From Glycera tridactyla (Eukaryota), in assembly GCA_965644265.1 (NCBI GenBank), contig OZ286459.1, forward strand, positions 145,142,001 through 145,206,000: a stretch of DNA of 64,000 nt, read 5' to 3'. How positions within the stretch are numbered: the first letter of the stretch is position 1; each line of letters begins with the position of its first letter. This document shows positions 39,911 through 53,925 of this stretch, piece after piece. The translations under genes and the position numbers were made by a program. The notes under the pieces are model-generated. The model was not told the origin of the DNA. It was given only the letters and a program-made list of their open reading frames with translations, and ran no database searches.

Positions 39911-41444
39911 AATTGACTTAATCCCGACTTTTAGCTCGACGTTGGGACTCACAGGACAGCGAGTAAAAATCGAGTCGGCAAACGAGTCGAAAGATGCACC
40001 CGCCCATCGGCAAACAAGGGAAACACGATTATTTTTGTGAACGAACTAATGAAATGCCAAATACCGATGAATGACCAATCTTGTCAATAAACTCATGACA
40101 CAACATCTATTTCTTCCGATGGCAGCCATCTTATCTGCTCCGACAACAAACCTCATTCCCTGAGAGATCGTAGTGCTCAAACATGATATAGAGGAAAAAA
40201 TCAGAAGCCAGACCGGGGTTGTATGGTTATATGGTGCCATCGTGGCGCTTGCGGTACTCTGCATAAATTATGTAAATGAGGGTGACTCCTGCTGGCTCCT
40301 AATTTTTTTCAACATTGAGCCCTGTGAAGGCATATTTTTTGCATGAAATTGGGTCTGGGTATTCATAAATTTTGCCCTGACTAGGATATCTTGTATGCTT
40401 TTGAGTCATATGTGGTCATTAGTAAGGCCTTTGGTGTCAGGTGACTTCTTTGGTAATTTCCAATTAATTCTGATTTATTTCTTCAAATAGTGACATCTTG
40501 AATGTGGACCAAAATTGAGAAGATGCAGAAATATCCTCTTGAAGTTTGAGGGAATTATTCAATCATGTGACCAAGATCACTAGCAGAGCAGTCGAAACAT
40601 GATCATCTCAAAAATTTCTTCCAAAAGGGAGTTAATTTGCACTCCTCATGAACAATCTATTTTCCTCGTCTGGCCTCTGATATTCTAGAAGGCTATTCCT
40701 CTGATGTTGATATAACTTTCAGAGCAATTGTGATGTCGTCTTCACCCAGATAAAAGGGGACTTTTCTTTCCAAGTTTGAATGAGGGAGGCAAAATATCAC
40801 TCAAGAACATAATCACTCGAAATTAAGAAAAGTGCATACAAACAATGAAGATGGTCGATGTACAATTGCTTCCAGAACGCGAGCAATACACAAGATGGAT
40901 ATTGTAACCAGAATAAGCAAGAGACCTGTAAATTGTTTCATGCAATAATGATGATGGCAGTCTTTAGCACGGGTCATTACTGTTATAATGGGGCACATTC
41001 AGTCTCCTGATGCAATGAATGGATTCCCTGCCCACTTCCTCTTATTGCTAGAATTTATTTGGGGGATCTTATCCAAAACCTTTTTCAACACACAATGATA
41101 TTAGCGATCACTACAGAGAGTCATCAAGTCTTACATTAACTGATATTTAAATTTGTACATACAGCTGGAATAATAAGCCATGCTACTTGAGTATATCACC
41201 GAATACCTCACGAGTGTTACACAGACATTGAGTGTATGCAGTATTTACAGCATATCTAGTTTTGATTATACATATATTATTTCATGGATGATCCTGCAGG
41301 TGACTGCAGAAAAAATCCATGGTATATCCACCTGACGCATTATCCACATGACCATTTATGTTGCCTGCTAAAATGAGAGACTATCTGTCCATGTTTATGT
41401 CCAGAACCATTAACACTGCTATTATTGTATGTGATGATGCCTCA

Positions 41445-41547
41445 GCTGCTGCTGTTACTACTACTGCTGCTGCCGCTGCTACTGCTACTGCTGCTGCTGC
41501 TGCTACTGCTACTACTGCTACTGCTACTGCTGCTGCTGCTGCAGCTG
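41445..41547. repeat. (GCT/ACT)n trinucleotide repeat
   Basis: Mixed GCT/ACT run. Confidence 0.95.
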
Positions 41548-42796
41548 TTCCAAGATCGAGGGCACCAAAGAAATCCACTGCAAATTTATGAGCATGATGG
41601 ATACAAGAGAGTTGAGGACCAAACAATTTGTACTTACAGGGTAAATCATCTGACCTCACCATGTGTGGCTTGTGCAAATAGATAAAACTTGAACAGATAC
41701 AACATTTATGGTGACAGGATGCAGCCAAGCATAAATTTTAGATATAGAATATCAATGCAGCTGGATGATTCGTATCACATACAGTATATGTATGGATCAT
41801 TCCTCTTGAAACTAGATCAAAATAATGCCATCAAGAGTGTAGGTGCAATTAGACAGTGCTGAGTGCTCCAAAGCATGATCATTCGGCAGTCCTCACCATT
41901 TCCTGTGATAGGCACCATGTTTGTGACTTGGGACTCTCTCTCTGTCTCTCTGTCTCTCTGTCTCCCCTCTCTCTCCTTCAATGATGACATGATCACCATG
42001 GATGGGGGACAGGATCATCCATTTGAGATGTGAGATGCACTTCACTGAGGAAGCAGCTATATTAAGAATAATGAAGTTCATATCCAGGCCTCTCCCAACA
42101 ATAGTGCGGTCTTTGTTGATGACTACCTACATGGGAACTGTAGAATATCTGAATTGTACACTAGCCCTATAATGTCACGTGTAATGCACCTGTACTACCC
42201 ATTTGTTGTTATTCAATTCTGCTAATATTTGTGGCAACCTGGAAAAGCAAGGTAAGCAAAATGTGGCAATATTGTATATGGCCAATTCTCCGAAATTGGG
42301 GCCAGCTACCGAAAAATGTATCTTATGTAAATTCAGCAGCTTTCATCAAGAATTCGAACATGGTGACTGATGTAATGTGATTCGAACAATAGGTGGTCCA
42401 ATTTTGATAGGATGATCTCTAATTTTGGTGAAATTTAATGGCCAAATTTGGCCATTTTTGATCGCACAAATCATAACACCAGACCCCACCCTACTTTGGT
42501 GATGTGCTATATCAAATTGAGATAATCTCAAGATCTCGGACATACTCAGTCTTGACAATCGATAGCAGGGATTCATTTCACAACCTTGGGACATGACAAA
42601 TACTAGAGATAAATAGCTCCCTGATATCTCTGAACTGCGTCACAGTATGTTACTACCATTCCGTCAATTTTTGAGTGCAAGTTCACCATTCAATCCCACT
42701 GATTTCTGCTATGAATCAACTCGTGTATCATCATCAGATCATTTGAAAATAGTATCACAGTGCTCAAAAGAATCAACAAGGTGATAAACAACCTAT

Positions 42797-43672
42797 AACA
42801 AGGCCACAGAGGGGCAATATACCCCGCACACGGGAGCACAGTGGGTAACCCATATCGCACACTGGAGCACAGTGGGTAACCCATATCGAAAAAGGTCATT
42901 GAGATGTTTGGTTGGCTATATATTAAGTCACTCGATCACTGTGTAGAATAAGAAAATCTTATAGTAGCACCTGAAACCTTCACCTCGACCTATGACTTAG
43001 GGTCACATGTATTGAAAGGGAGATGTTGTAACATTGCTTGATCATCCCAGATCAGTTTGATCTTCATCCAACAATGCTAGCCTGAGTTATTGTGTGAGAT
43101 GCGGAAATTCAAAAATAGCTCCTATGGCCTTGACCTTTGACGCAGGGTCACATGCATCAAATGGGAGATATCTCACCATTGGGTCATTACGTTGTGAAAC
43201 TTCGGTGCATATCGATCAATGCAAGCTTGAGCTGGAGTGTGAAATGAGAAAATTTATGAATAGTTCCTGTGACCTTGACCTTTGACCTAGGGTCACATGC
43301 ATCAGGAGGGAGTTGGTCCACCATTGGGTCATTACTTTGTGTAAGTTTGGTGCATATCCGTCAATGCTAGTTTGAGTTAGAATGTAAAATAAGAAAATCT
43401 ATAAGTAGCTCATGTGACCTTGACCTTCAGGGTCACATGCATCGAGAGAGAGGTGGCCTATCATTGGGTCATTACATTGTGTAAGTTAGGTGCATATCCA
43501 TCGAGGCTAGCTTGAGTTAGAGTGTAAAATGGAAAAATCTATAAATGAAAATTGGACCAGCCAATCCAAAGTTATTGCATGAAACGTGAGCGGACGGACG
43601 TACGTACGTACGTACGGACGGACGCCGGAGGTGAAACTATAATACCCCGCTTTTTCAAGAGCGGGGTATAAA
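42797..43672 (+). mobile_element. Helentron-type non-autonomous element
   Basis: AACAAG head with hairpin, subterminal ATACCCCGC (42819-42827), GACCTTGACCTTTGACC cores, (ACGG/ACGT)n, 3' palindrome ATACCCCGC-TTTTTCAAGA-GCGGGGTAT. Confidence 0.8.
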
Positions 43673-43799
43673 AAGTATTTTTGTTCAGTTGACATCCAGT
43701 CCACGATAGCCGTATGAATGGTGACTTGAATTAAGGCCACCTCACATGAATCATGTCAGTACAAAGTGCAACTGAGGCTTTTGGAATTCCCAGCACCAG

Positions 43800-44790
43800 T
43801 GGAGGCAGCAGCAGCCGCCACTACCGCAATAGCATGGACTACCAGCATGGACCACTATCACCAAGGCCCACCACCACCACCATCCTGGACCACAACCAAC
43901 AAAGACCATGGACCAACACCACTACCATCAAGGACCACCACCACCACCACAACCACCACCAAGGACCAACATCATGGACCACTATCACCACCATAGACCA
44001 GCACCACCACCACAAGGGACCACTACCACAATGGACCAACATCATGGACTACCACCATCACCACCGCCACCATGGACCAACACTACCATTGACCATCACC
44101 ACCATGATTGACCAACACCCCCATAGATCACCACCACTGTGGACCATCGCTGCTGCTGCCACCATGACCACAATCACCACCACCACCATCACCACCACCA
44201 CTCAGGCTTGTTAGAAGGCCCAAAGCTCCAGAGATGCCAGTGTCCAGTCATATAAGAGACAAGACATAAATGCACAAAAGGCTTGCATGCACGCCGCTCG
44301 TCGAAAGGGAACACATCTGTGTGTGTGCGTGTGTGTGTGCATGCACATAAATACATGCAGGTACATACACATACACAAACTTATCCCCAACAACACATGC
44401 ACATACCCAAAACACACCCACATGCACACACCCGAGCCCCTACACCCCCACCACACCCCACGCCTACCCCCACCCATCCCCCTTCCCAACCCGGCCCCCA
44501 CCCATCCCCAACCCCTTGCTCTTACACCATCCCCTTCCCCCCCCCACCAACCCCCCCCCCCCCCACCACCCCCCCTCACCAACCCCCCCCGCCATCCCAT
44601 CCATCCCCGGCACCACCACCAACCTTCCCCCCACCCCCAGAACCACCCATCCTGGCCCCATCCCCACCCCCACCCCAACCGTTCCCCCACTCCGGTGCAT
44701 CCCCCCTGGCCCCCCACCCATCTCCCCTTACTCCACACATCCCCTTTCCCCCACACAACCCCTCCCCCCCCCCTCCCCCAAATCCAAATA
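43800..44790. repeat. Low-complexity block: degenerate (CAC/ACC)n, (CA)n and C-rich tract
   Basis: Composition seen directly; source of the Thr/His/Pro/Gly-rich ORFs in the track. Confidence 0.9.
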
Positions 44791-45430
44791 ATTGGATGAG
44801 CGAACAAAACTCATATCATTTGCATTTTTTTTTTCAAATATAAGATGCAAAAGTTCCAGTGGGTGATCTGTCACGCTGTAATAATGATATCAATATTCAT
44901 GTAATATGGATAGATTTCATTGAAAAAACGGTTATGATTTGAGGACAGACCCTGATGCACTCACCATTCGCCTTCTATCAGCGTGGTACACATGATCGTC
45001 TACATAGTGATCAAGCTCACAATTTAACTGGGATTAAAACATGTTTTAACAAAATACAGTTCAATACATATTTCTGGCATATGTGAGCAGATGTCTTGCA
45101 AGACAGGGGATCTCAGCATCCTGTGACTGCATGCAGAGGGAAGGCCACCAAGTGCTAGTTGTAAGAGGGTTTGCGAATGGAACATGGTGGCTGCTGGCCG
45201 AGTTAGGGAGGTGATTGCTATATGGAGGTCAATCATAGTGGAAAATACATCGGTCACAACGGTTCGCTGTTATAGAAAGATGGTCGCTAAATAGAGGTGG
45301 TCGCTCAAGCCGGTTCCACTGTAAGACCATAATTCAAATGGAACAATACCAAGTGAGTCCGGGGAACCCTGCGATGAGATGTAACCAAAAAGTGGTCTCT
45401 CATAAGAGGTGGTCTCTCGTCAGAGGTATA

Positions 45431-45900
45431 CAGTCCAACCTACTCTAACGACCACCTCTCTATAGTAACCACCTCGCTTTAACGACCACCCCTGACCACG
45501 ACCGACGTATTTTTCACTATAATTGACCTCTGTATAGCGACCACCTCCCAACTCCGACCAGCAACCTCCATTTTTGGCCCAGAAACCTTCCTATAACGAC
45601 CGCTCATGGCCGGTTGGCAGCTGTCGAGCCCGTGATTTGTGCTCAGATCAGCTCACTTGCTCGCTGCATACATCCTAGCCTACCCCCAATCTAACGACCA
45701 CCATGACCGGCCGGGATCGTCTTTACTCGAGCCTGTGATTTGTGCACAGATCAGCTCACTTGCTCGCTGCATATATCCTAGCCTACCCCCCTTCCAACGA
45801 CCGCCTTGACCGGCCGGGATTGTCCTACCTGATATGCTCGAATACAAATTAAGCAGTCAATTTTGTAAGTGAAACATGTCTAACAAGTTAGCAGCGGCCA
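45431..45900. mobile_element. Tc1/mariner-type element, left part
   Basis: TA|CAGTCCAACCT start, repeated AACGACCACC subterminal motifs, internal ~100-bp tandem duplication (GTGATTTGTGC.CAGATCAGCTCACTTGCTCGCTGCA x2). Confidence 0.65.
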
Positions 45901-45924
45901 TTCTCCCCCCCCCCCCCCCCCCCC

Positions 45925-46402
45925 CGATCAATGTAAGCTTGAGCTGGAGTGTGAAATGAGAAAATTTATGAATAGTTCCTGTGACCTTGACCTTTGACCT
46001 AGGGTCACATGCATCAGGAGGGAGTTGGTCCACCATTGGGTCATTACTTTGTGTAAGTTTGGTGCATATCCGTCAATGCTAGTTTGAGTTAGAATGTAAA
46101 ATAAGAAAATCTATAAGTAGCTCATGTGACCTTGACCTTCAGGGTCACATGCATCGAGAGAGAGGTGGCCTATCATTGGGTCATTACATTGTGTAAGTTA
46201 GGTGCATATCCATCGAGGCTAGCTTGAGTTAGAGTGTAAAATGGAAAAATCTATAAATGAAAATTGGACCAGCCAATCCAAAGTTATTGCATGAAACGTG
46301 AGCGGACGGCGGACATACGTATGTACGTACGTACGTACGTACGTACGTACGGACGCCGGAGGTGAAACTATAATACCCCGCTTTTTCAAGAGCGGGGTAT
46401 AA
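45925..46402 (+). repeat. Near-identical duplicate of the 3' half (43213-43672) of the upstream Helentron-type element
   Basis: Sequence matches from CGATCAATG..AAGCTTGAGCTGG through the 3' palindrome, differing mainly in microsatellite length. Confidence 0.9.
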
Positions 46403-46990
46403 AAAATGATTTGGCACTTAAAGGGTGACATTTCCATCAATGGATAACATACCTACGGTCAGAGTTTTAGTATGTTTACAAGCAACAGGTGCCATCTTGG
46501 ATTGATCACTCCTTCAAATGTGATCCCCATGCATTCATGACACTATATATTTTTCGTTCATAATCTGGTTTATGGTTGATAAAATAGTTGATCAAATGTT
46601 AGAGATAAATAGCTCCCTGATATCTCTGAACTGTGTCACAGTATGTTACTACCATTCCGTCAATTTTTGAGAGCAAGATCACCATTCAATCCCACTGATT
46701 TCTGCTATGAATCAACTCGTGTACCACCATCAGATAATTTGAAAATATCTTTACAATGACCAACCCAGTGCTCAAAAGAATCAACAAGGTGATAAACGAC
46801 CTCTAAAAAATGATTTGGCACTGAAAGAGTGACATATCCGTCAATGGATAACATACCTACGGTCAGAGTTTTAGCATGTTTACAAGCAATCTTGGATTGA
46901 TCACATCTTCAAATGTGATCCCCATGCATTCATGACACTATATATTTTTCCAGTTTTGTTCATAATCTGGTTTATAGTTGATAAAAAAGT
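46402..46990 (+). repeat. Local duplications: 46402-46590 vs 46806-46990, and 46599-46800 vs 42599-42790
   Basis: AAAAATGATTTGGCAC...TGGATAACATACCTACGGTCAGAG occurs twice; TAGAGATAAATAGCTCCCTGATATCTCTGAACTG block occurs twice. Confidence 0.85.
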
Positions 46991-49900
46991 GCATGGATGT
47001 CAATCCAAAACTATAGTAACATGCAAACTTTGCATAACATACATATATACTAGGTGATACTAAGCCAAGGGATCTCGGGATAAAGTTGACCTTGTTGGAT
47101 GGTTGCTCAACATTTGGATGATCCATGGTTTTCCATCCACTGATGGTCACAAATGTTCACTGTGGTATAGGAATATGGATGATGTGAGCATATGTATGCT
47201 ATTTTGACATAATCTGCATGAGCTACAAACCCAATTTGTAACTTATCCTTGACTTTTTTTCTTGAGAGTGGTCATATAAGATCAGATAACTCGGAAAGTC
47301 CAAATGTGTTCAAGCCTATTCAATGATATTATGTAAATTTGGATTACTGTGAATATAAATGTAGCTACTAGCTACTTTTGGTGGCATCTACTGAATGAAA
47401 TTTACATGAGATAACTCGGGTGTAGAAAATTGGCATCAGCAGTAACATAAGTCACATGAACATACCTATAAGATGATGCTCATTACTTCCCAAATTTTCC
47501 AGAGAATGACAAAACCCTGTTCCCATCATCTCATCAATATGTATTCAATTGGAATAATGAGTTTGGTACTTATGCTTATTGTAATTGCTTAGAAAAAAAC
47601 CTAAAGACAGCGCCTTGGGATTGAGGATGGACATTTATTTCCGGCTCAAATCCTTTTGAATGACTGACCTTGAAAAGGAAATAAGCAGTGTGGAATGACA
47701 TCCTGGTTAATTCAGAGCAATTTATGAGTGTTTTTCAGAGATTCTTAAAAGAAAAGTAACATACCCAATGGCTGATGACCCCCACTGGTGAAACCAGTGA
47801 TAATTATTTTCTGGCTCAGCAGATCTCCCCGAATTTTTTGGTATAAAAACCCAACAAGTGGTAGAACTGTATGGCAATAATGGTTTATCAAACGTGATTG
47901 TTTGAAAGAGTGACCCTATCTGCCACTTTTTGGCCCCAATTTGGGAGAATTGGCCATATATATGTTAAGAGTTAAAATAAAGTATCTTTGAATATGAATA
48001 TGAACCTATCAACCAGCACCTGTTCATTTTGTGCTCCGAGAGTGGTCAGGAAATCACTGTTTTCTCAGTCAAGTTGGTCTTATGTATTCATGAGTCAATC
48101 CTCTTGTTTGGGGAGATATTCTGGTGAGGAGAATTTGGCCTCATAAATCAGCATATACTATAGTAGTACACTGGATGGAAAACACTATTCGCCATATGAA
48201 GACCAATTCTATGTCACACCAATAGCATTATTTTCTCAGGTTCGACACCGAAGTGCTGCTGAATATTCAATTACTTTATGTGCACCAACCAATGCCAGAA
48301 TTAAGCAAATGAAAAATTAATGTCAATCCAGTGCACACATTCTGTCAAAATATTGATTTGTGGTTAGCTGTCGCATGCTGGAAACATGTTATCAACCTGT
48401 GTAGTCTGCCTACCACAAACCTCCCTGACATAGGGTCAATGGTACTGGTTATTCAGCTAGGGCTTTTCCCACTTTTCAACCTCTAGCTAGAATTCAGGCA
48501 TGGTCTGAGATCATGAACATGAAGTCTCCTCAATGGCATGCATTTGATTTGAAAAATTTTATCATCCTCCAACCAGGCAGGTCATATAGACCATATCCTC
48601 CTGCCCCTAGGAGTTTGATTTTTCATTGTAAATACTTTCAGACATTATTTCTTGATTGGTCACATTAGATCATGAAATGCACAATATTACTCTGAATCAT
48701 CAAAGTAAAAAGTCAAAATATTTCACAAGGAATTGCCATTTCTCGCGATAAGCTGCGTAAGAATGGGTATCAAGGTGACCTCTACTGGTGTGATCTTTTA
48801 GCAAGAAATCATGAGGTGTTGTCCTGATTTTAGGGATCTGAAAGTAGAATCCATAAACAGGGCAAATCACGGGAAATCCATCAATATATTCTCTGTGTGT
48901 GTAGAACCTTAATTCACGGCATACAATCAAAAATTGAATGGATCGGAAATCATTTTACTGACATCATCTTCGCCAGACAAGAGGCCTGCCGATCCATGCC
49001 TATTTCAAAGGGGTTCCATTTCATGTCGCCATCGCGGGCACAGTGGAATCTCATACTGAAAAATGGACATTAAATATGCATTGAGCAAGATAATCTGTAA
49101 TGCACAATAACCAATTACTCATTCCTCACAGTGACAATGGCAATCCGAGATGAGGATGCATTCTAGTCATAACACCATTTAGGATTCAAGAATGTCATAT
49201 GTTTGATGGATCACCACACATAGATGTCAAAAGTTATCCCTTGTCCAAAACTGGGCCATGAAAGTGACACCTGATGACAAATAGCTTGTTTCCCATTTTC
49301 CGAAACTGGGCCAAGTTGTAAGGCTCATGCTCTGTCTGGTACTTCACAATGAGCATTTTCCTGGGATAGATGAAAATGAAGCAAATCATGCAGAATGATT
49401 TATCACTTGAATTTCCAACAGTTATTTCTTCAATTTACATAACAGTGAAATGTGACATTAGGTGGCCTCAACCAAGTCCAAGCTCTATGATAGATTGGTT
49501 GGTTGAATGTTTTCTGCTTCTTGAATACAAGCTTGGCTATATTCAGACACCCTTTGTAATGGCATGGGTGGTCTGGTGGGATCATTCAAGATTCCTCTTT
49601 AGCCCCTGACAGAATATCTGCTCTTGCATTCTTGCTTTTATCCCATAAATGCCATTGAACTGAATCTGATTGAGATGATGATACTGAACTTTTTTTCCTC
49701 TTCCCATACAGCATTCACTGAGATGATCACATCAGCTTGTTTCCAAGGATCCAAGTTTATCTGTCGTCTATCTGCTGAAACCACCTGCTATAGGTGTAGA
49801 TCTCCACTTTCAAACAGGAATACCATCAGGAATACCCTATTCTCTCTAATAAGTGCCTGGGGGCATTTGCTTGTTCAGAGGGGGGGGGGGGGGGGGGGAC

Positions 49901-50612
49901 TTATCTGTTTACGATGTCAAAATATGTTGCGCACCAGAGCCCCCAAAATCAGAATTTCCCAAGCTATCTGTGTCGGCCAGGGAGGAAGATCAGTATTTCC
50001 GCTGTTTCTCCTGCAAAGATCAAACCTAATTTTGAGATTTATACAGAGATACCATACAAATGGATAACAAGGCAATTTGTCATATGATGGTTCAATATTT
50101 CGTGGGTTATTATACTGAGAAAGGCAATGCGCTTGCTCAGGGCAACCGCATGACTGAAGTACAGTCAAATGTCTAGCTGTAAAGGCTACCAGGCAAATTC
50201 ATTCAATTCATGAACATATATTCTGAAAGAATTGAAATACCTTCCTCACTATTGATGTGTGAGAAAGGATCGTGCAGGTATGGATATATATATACAAAAT
50301 TCATGGGGATACAAAGTAGATATCACATCGAACTAGCTGTCACTTCAGACAAACTGCTATCTACTGGCAAAGATACGAATATTTCAATTGATGGCATGAG
50401 CTAAGTATATAACTCACTGGAGTCTGACACTTGAGTAAGAAACTGTGCTTTATACAAAATATCTCCATAAGGTGATGCACCAGGTTTGGCACATGTGGCC
50501 AGGCAGTCTATTAGATGCTGATCAGTGCAGACAAAGGCAACTTGACTTCATTTGCTAAATTGATGAAGTGATGGGACCACCTAATCCTGGCCCTAGGCAA
50601 CATTTACCCTAT

Positions 50613-50854
50613 AAAGCCGCGAACACACCTGTCCGTTTTTTGCCATCCAAATTTGGATAAGAATTCTGACATCCATCAGAATGATCGCACTCGTATGTTT
50701 GTACCAGTCTGGAACACACCTTTTCGAATCAGAATCCACATCCGAGAATCTACATCCGCATCCGAATCATTCATACTGCGAGCAATTTCGACAGATTTCA
50801 GACGTTCATGATCCAAATTTGTAAGGCAAAAAATGAACGTGTGTTCACAGCTTT
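50613..50854. mobile_element. PIF/Harbinger-like MITE (~240 bp)
   Basis: AAAGCCGCGAACACAC / GTGTGTTCACAGCTTT (two CpG transitions), imperfect inverted repeat extends to ~45 bp; TSD not clean. Confidence 0.6.
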
Positions 50855-51565
50855 GCATGGTGGTAGGTAGTAGGAGAATGGTAACGAGTGATGAGAATTG
50901 TAGCTCTGACCTGGTGCATTGAGAAGTATGCTACAATCCTAAAGTTTCCAAAAAGGCTGCCTGACTATATTCTGTCAGCAAAACTACATTCAATCTAAAT
51001 TGCCAAGATATGGTTGGTCATCAAGTATAATGTGCCATTACTCTCTGCTACATGTCAGACGATGAGAATTGCTGAATATAAGTACAGTGGGGGAAGACAT
51101 AATCAAGTAATGTGCGCGTCTATTTGGAACAGAAGCTCCGGAAAATCCCCATAAACATGATGAAAACACTCGGCCGGTATCACTATCGGAAAGTCTTCTG
51201 CCATCATGGGCCCATTCATATCTAGAGCTTATCCAGCAATGAAAATAAATCATGGCACATCCGGGAATATCAGACTTGTGACTACACAATACAATGGCGC
51301 CTAATCATAGAAAAGAGATGTCAGCCTTTCATTCGCATCATGAAAATCAGGGATGCACGTCAAATTGGGAATGGGCGTATACAGCAATATACAGTTTGCC
51401 ACAGATATTCTGGAATAGAATCATATGAATTGAGATTCATGAGTCTTACTAAGCAGACAGTTCTAGCGATGGTGTGAAAAAGTCGACAGTGGTCCCATGC
51501 CATGATGACCAAAGAGACAATGGTGGTTGCTGAAAGATGCAGTATCCTGAGGCTAATGGAGACAG

Positions 51566-52640
51566 GGTGGTTGTTTGCTTGAGGTTTAATGGCATGTATC
51601 AACCCAGGTTATGTATGCTGTGTGTTCCTGGTCAATGAAAGCTAGATAATCTCTCCCCTGCAGACATCTCTCTCACAAACCCTGGACACAAGATGATGGG
51701 GAACCTGAAAGGTTGTCAAGTAGAAGTAGCTCACAGTTCAGATACACCTCTACCTACTTTTCATGAACAAACTGAATCTAACAATGGCATATCTACCGTA
51801 TATCCTGGCATATAAGTCGACTTGACGTATAAGTCGACCCCCCGATTTTGCCTCCAAAAGTCGGGATTTAGTCAATTTCTTGTATACAAGTCCACCCCAT
51901 AATCTTGCTCGAACATCATGGATATCGGCGAAAATACCAACGAGAAACGACACATCAGCCTGTGAGAGAAGCCAATTTGCGCCTTACCCCGGCTTTTGTC
52001 AAGTTGTTCGCGCCTTCATACATCGATAATTCACTAGTCTAATCCATGATTAGAAGCTTCCCGCCATTGAAAACACGTATCAACGCTGAATATTCGTGAA
52101 TTTCGCGATAAAAACAAAAGGCTGGCATGCTTGAAAGCGATTCGGGCGCCATTGTTGTGAAGTTGGAATCCCCGGATGTATACCAAAACAGGAACCAGAA
52201 TACCTAATTAACATACGACCTTGACCTTATCGTCTGCTTGAAATGGCGGAACTTTCTCAATTTGTTGTTTTCGTCCAATGTTTTCATCACGTTTATGGCA
52301 AAATCGTCGTGATTTTCTAAGAAACGATCATCAATTACGCAAGTAGAGTCATTATTCGTGTGTTTGGTATTATTTATTCACATTCGAGTGTATTCTGGCC
52401 ATTTTTGGGCGCTATCGTTCGAGAAAAACATCGTTGTCAACAGCTGGTCAGCATGGATTCTCTCTCGTGTTTGGTTCGAAAAATCTTACTCTTCCTCCAT
52501 ATCGGGCATATAAGTCGACCCCCTTGTTTTTGGCTCGGATTTTGGCGAAAAAAACTCGACTTATACGCCAGTATATACGGTAAGTATGCAACTGGCTGGA
52601 AGCTAACACTCAAGCCTGATAGCAATGCTTTTTTTTCAAA
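51566..52640 (-). mobile_element. SINE-like family S copy split by a MITE insertion
   Basis: 51566-51795 and 52583-52640 join to match the uninterrupted copy at 29355-29640. Confidence 0.7.
51796..52580. mobile_element. pogo/Tigger-like MITE (785 bp)
   Basis: TA|CCGTATATCCTGGCATATAAGTCGA ... TCGACTTATACGCCAGTATATACGG|TA. Confidence 0.9.
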
Positions 52641-53925
52641 GCGCAGCACTTGACACGAGGAAAAGCATCAGTGTGGAGTGAGGGATGTATGTATCGTGAT
52701 GCTGTGGAAGAACGGTGTTGGGTTAAAACTAGGAAGTCACTTGTAATTACAAAATGAGACGCGAGCACAGACAGCTCCTGGCGAGAATAAGATGCCTCCA
52801 CTCCAGCACAACTCACACTTCTCAATAAACCAAGTAGCTTTGCCATCAGGGATGCTACTAATTGGCAAAAAACTTGTATCATACATCCGAATCCAACATG
52901 TCTTGCAGCTATACAACACTCTCCCAACCAAATGGCAGTCTCCTTGTATCTACTATTGATTATTTCTGAGCAGATTAACCTATGAGCTGTCACCTCAGAT
53001 TCTCACAAAACTACAGATGAATAGTTTTCATACATTTACAATATTATATCCCTCATTATTACCCTTGGTTATTTGTGTACAAGAAATGTTGGTTTGTTAC
53101 TTGATTGACTGGAGATGAACAGTGTCGTATATATAATACATATCACAGCAAGAGATTGTGAATGGCGTGTGTTCCAGGTGTAGGAATCTGAAAGATATCC
53201 TGCAAGCTTCACAAAATGGTAGAGAACCTGAAGTCGTCACTCAGGCAGTTAAGACACACGTATACCCACATGAAACAATAATTGAGTCATTGAGTGGCAT
53301 ATCCAAGCATGTAACTGGCTGATACTCACTAAGTACTTTAAAGTGGAACCTGCTACAAGAGACCACTTAGATTAGAATGTCCACCAAAAAGTTGTCTCTC
53401 AAAAGAGGTGATAAATTTGATTATGCCAGATAAGGGCAATACACGGCGATTGCAGTCTTGCATCAGAGGTAGTGCTGTCATGAGATCTCTCAGATTTCAC
53501 TGTATGCTGAATGTGATCATACTGCATCACATTGTGAAAAATACAGATTCCCTGGTCTTGAAAATGCAGATTTGTTTGGCATGGGCTACTAGTGTACTAA
53601 GTGCAAATTCCGCTTCTCTCACTAGTAGACATCTCTGTAATAGCTTCCCGTCCCCATGGTAACCAACTTGGTATCTCAAGAAGGTGCTACTGTGAGGAGT
53701 AACTGGTGTGTGTGTGTGGGGGGGGGGGGGGGGGGGGGAGGGGGTTTGCATGGGAGGGGCTTGCTTGCATGCATACACTGATGCAGTGATTTTTGCTCCT
53801 CTTCAACTAGGAAGTATATGATCTGGCTTTGGTTGAAGAAACATAAAATATCACTCAATCAATCAGTCAATCAATCAATTTCAGCTGCAATACAGGCATC
53901 AACTAATACCAACATGTCAAGGATA

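Noticed and set aside
41358-41728. Poly-Ala/Leu ORFs
   Set aside because: Translation of a trinucleotide microsatellite
43753-44843. Long Pro/Thr/His/Gly-rich ORFs on both strands (up to 198 aa)
   Set aside because: By-products of CAC/CA/C-rich low-complexity DNA that lacks stop codons
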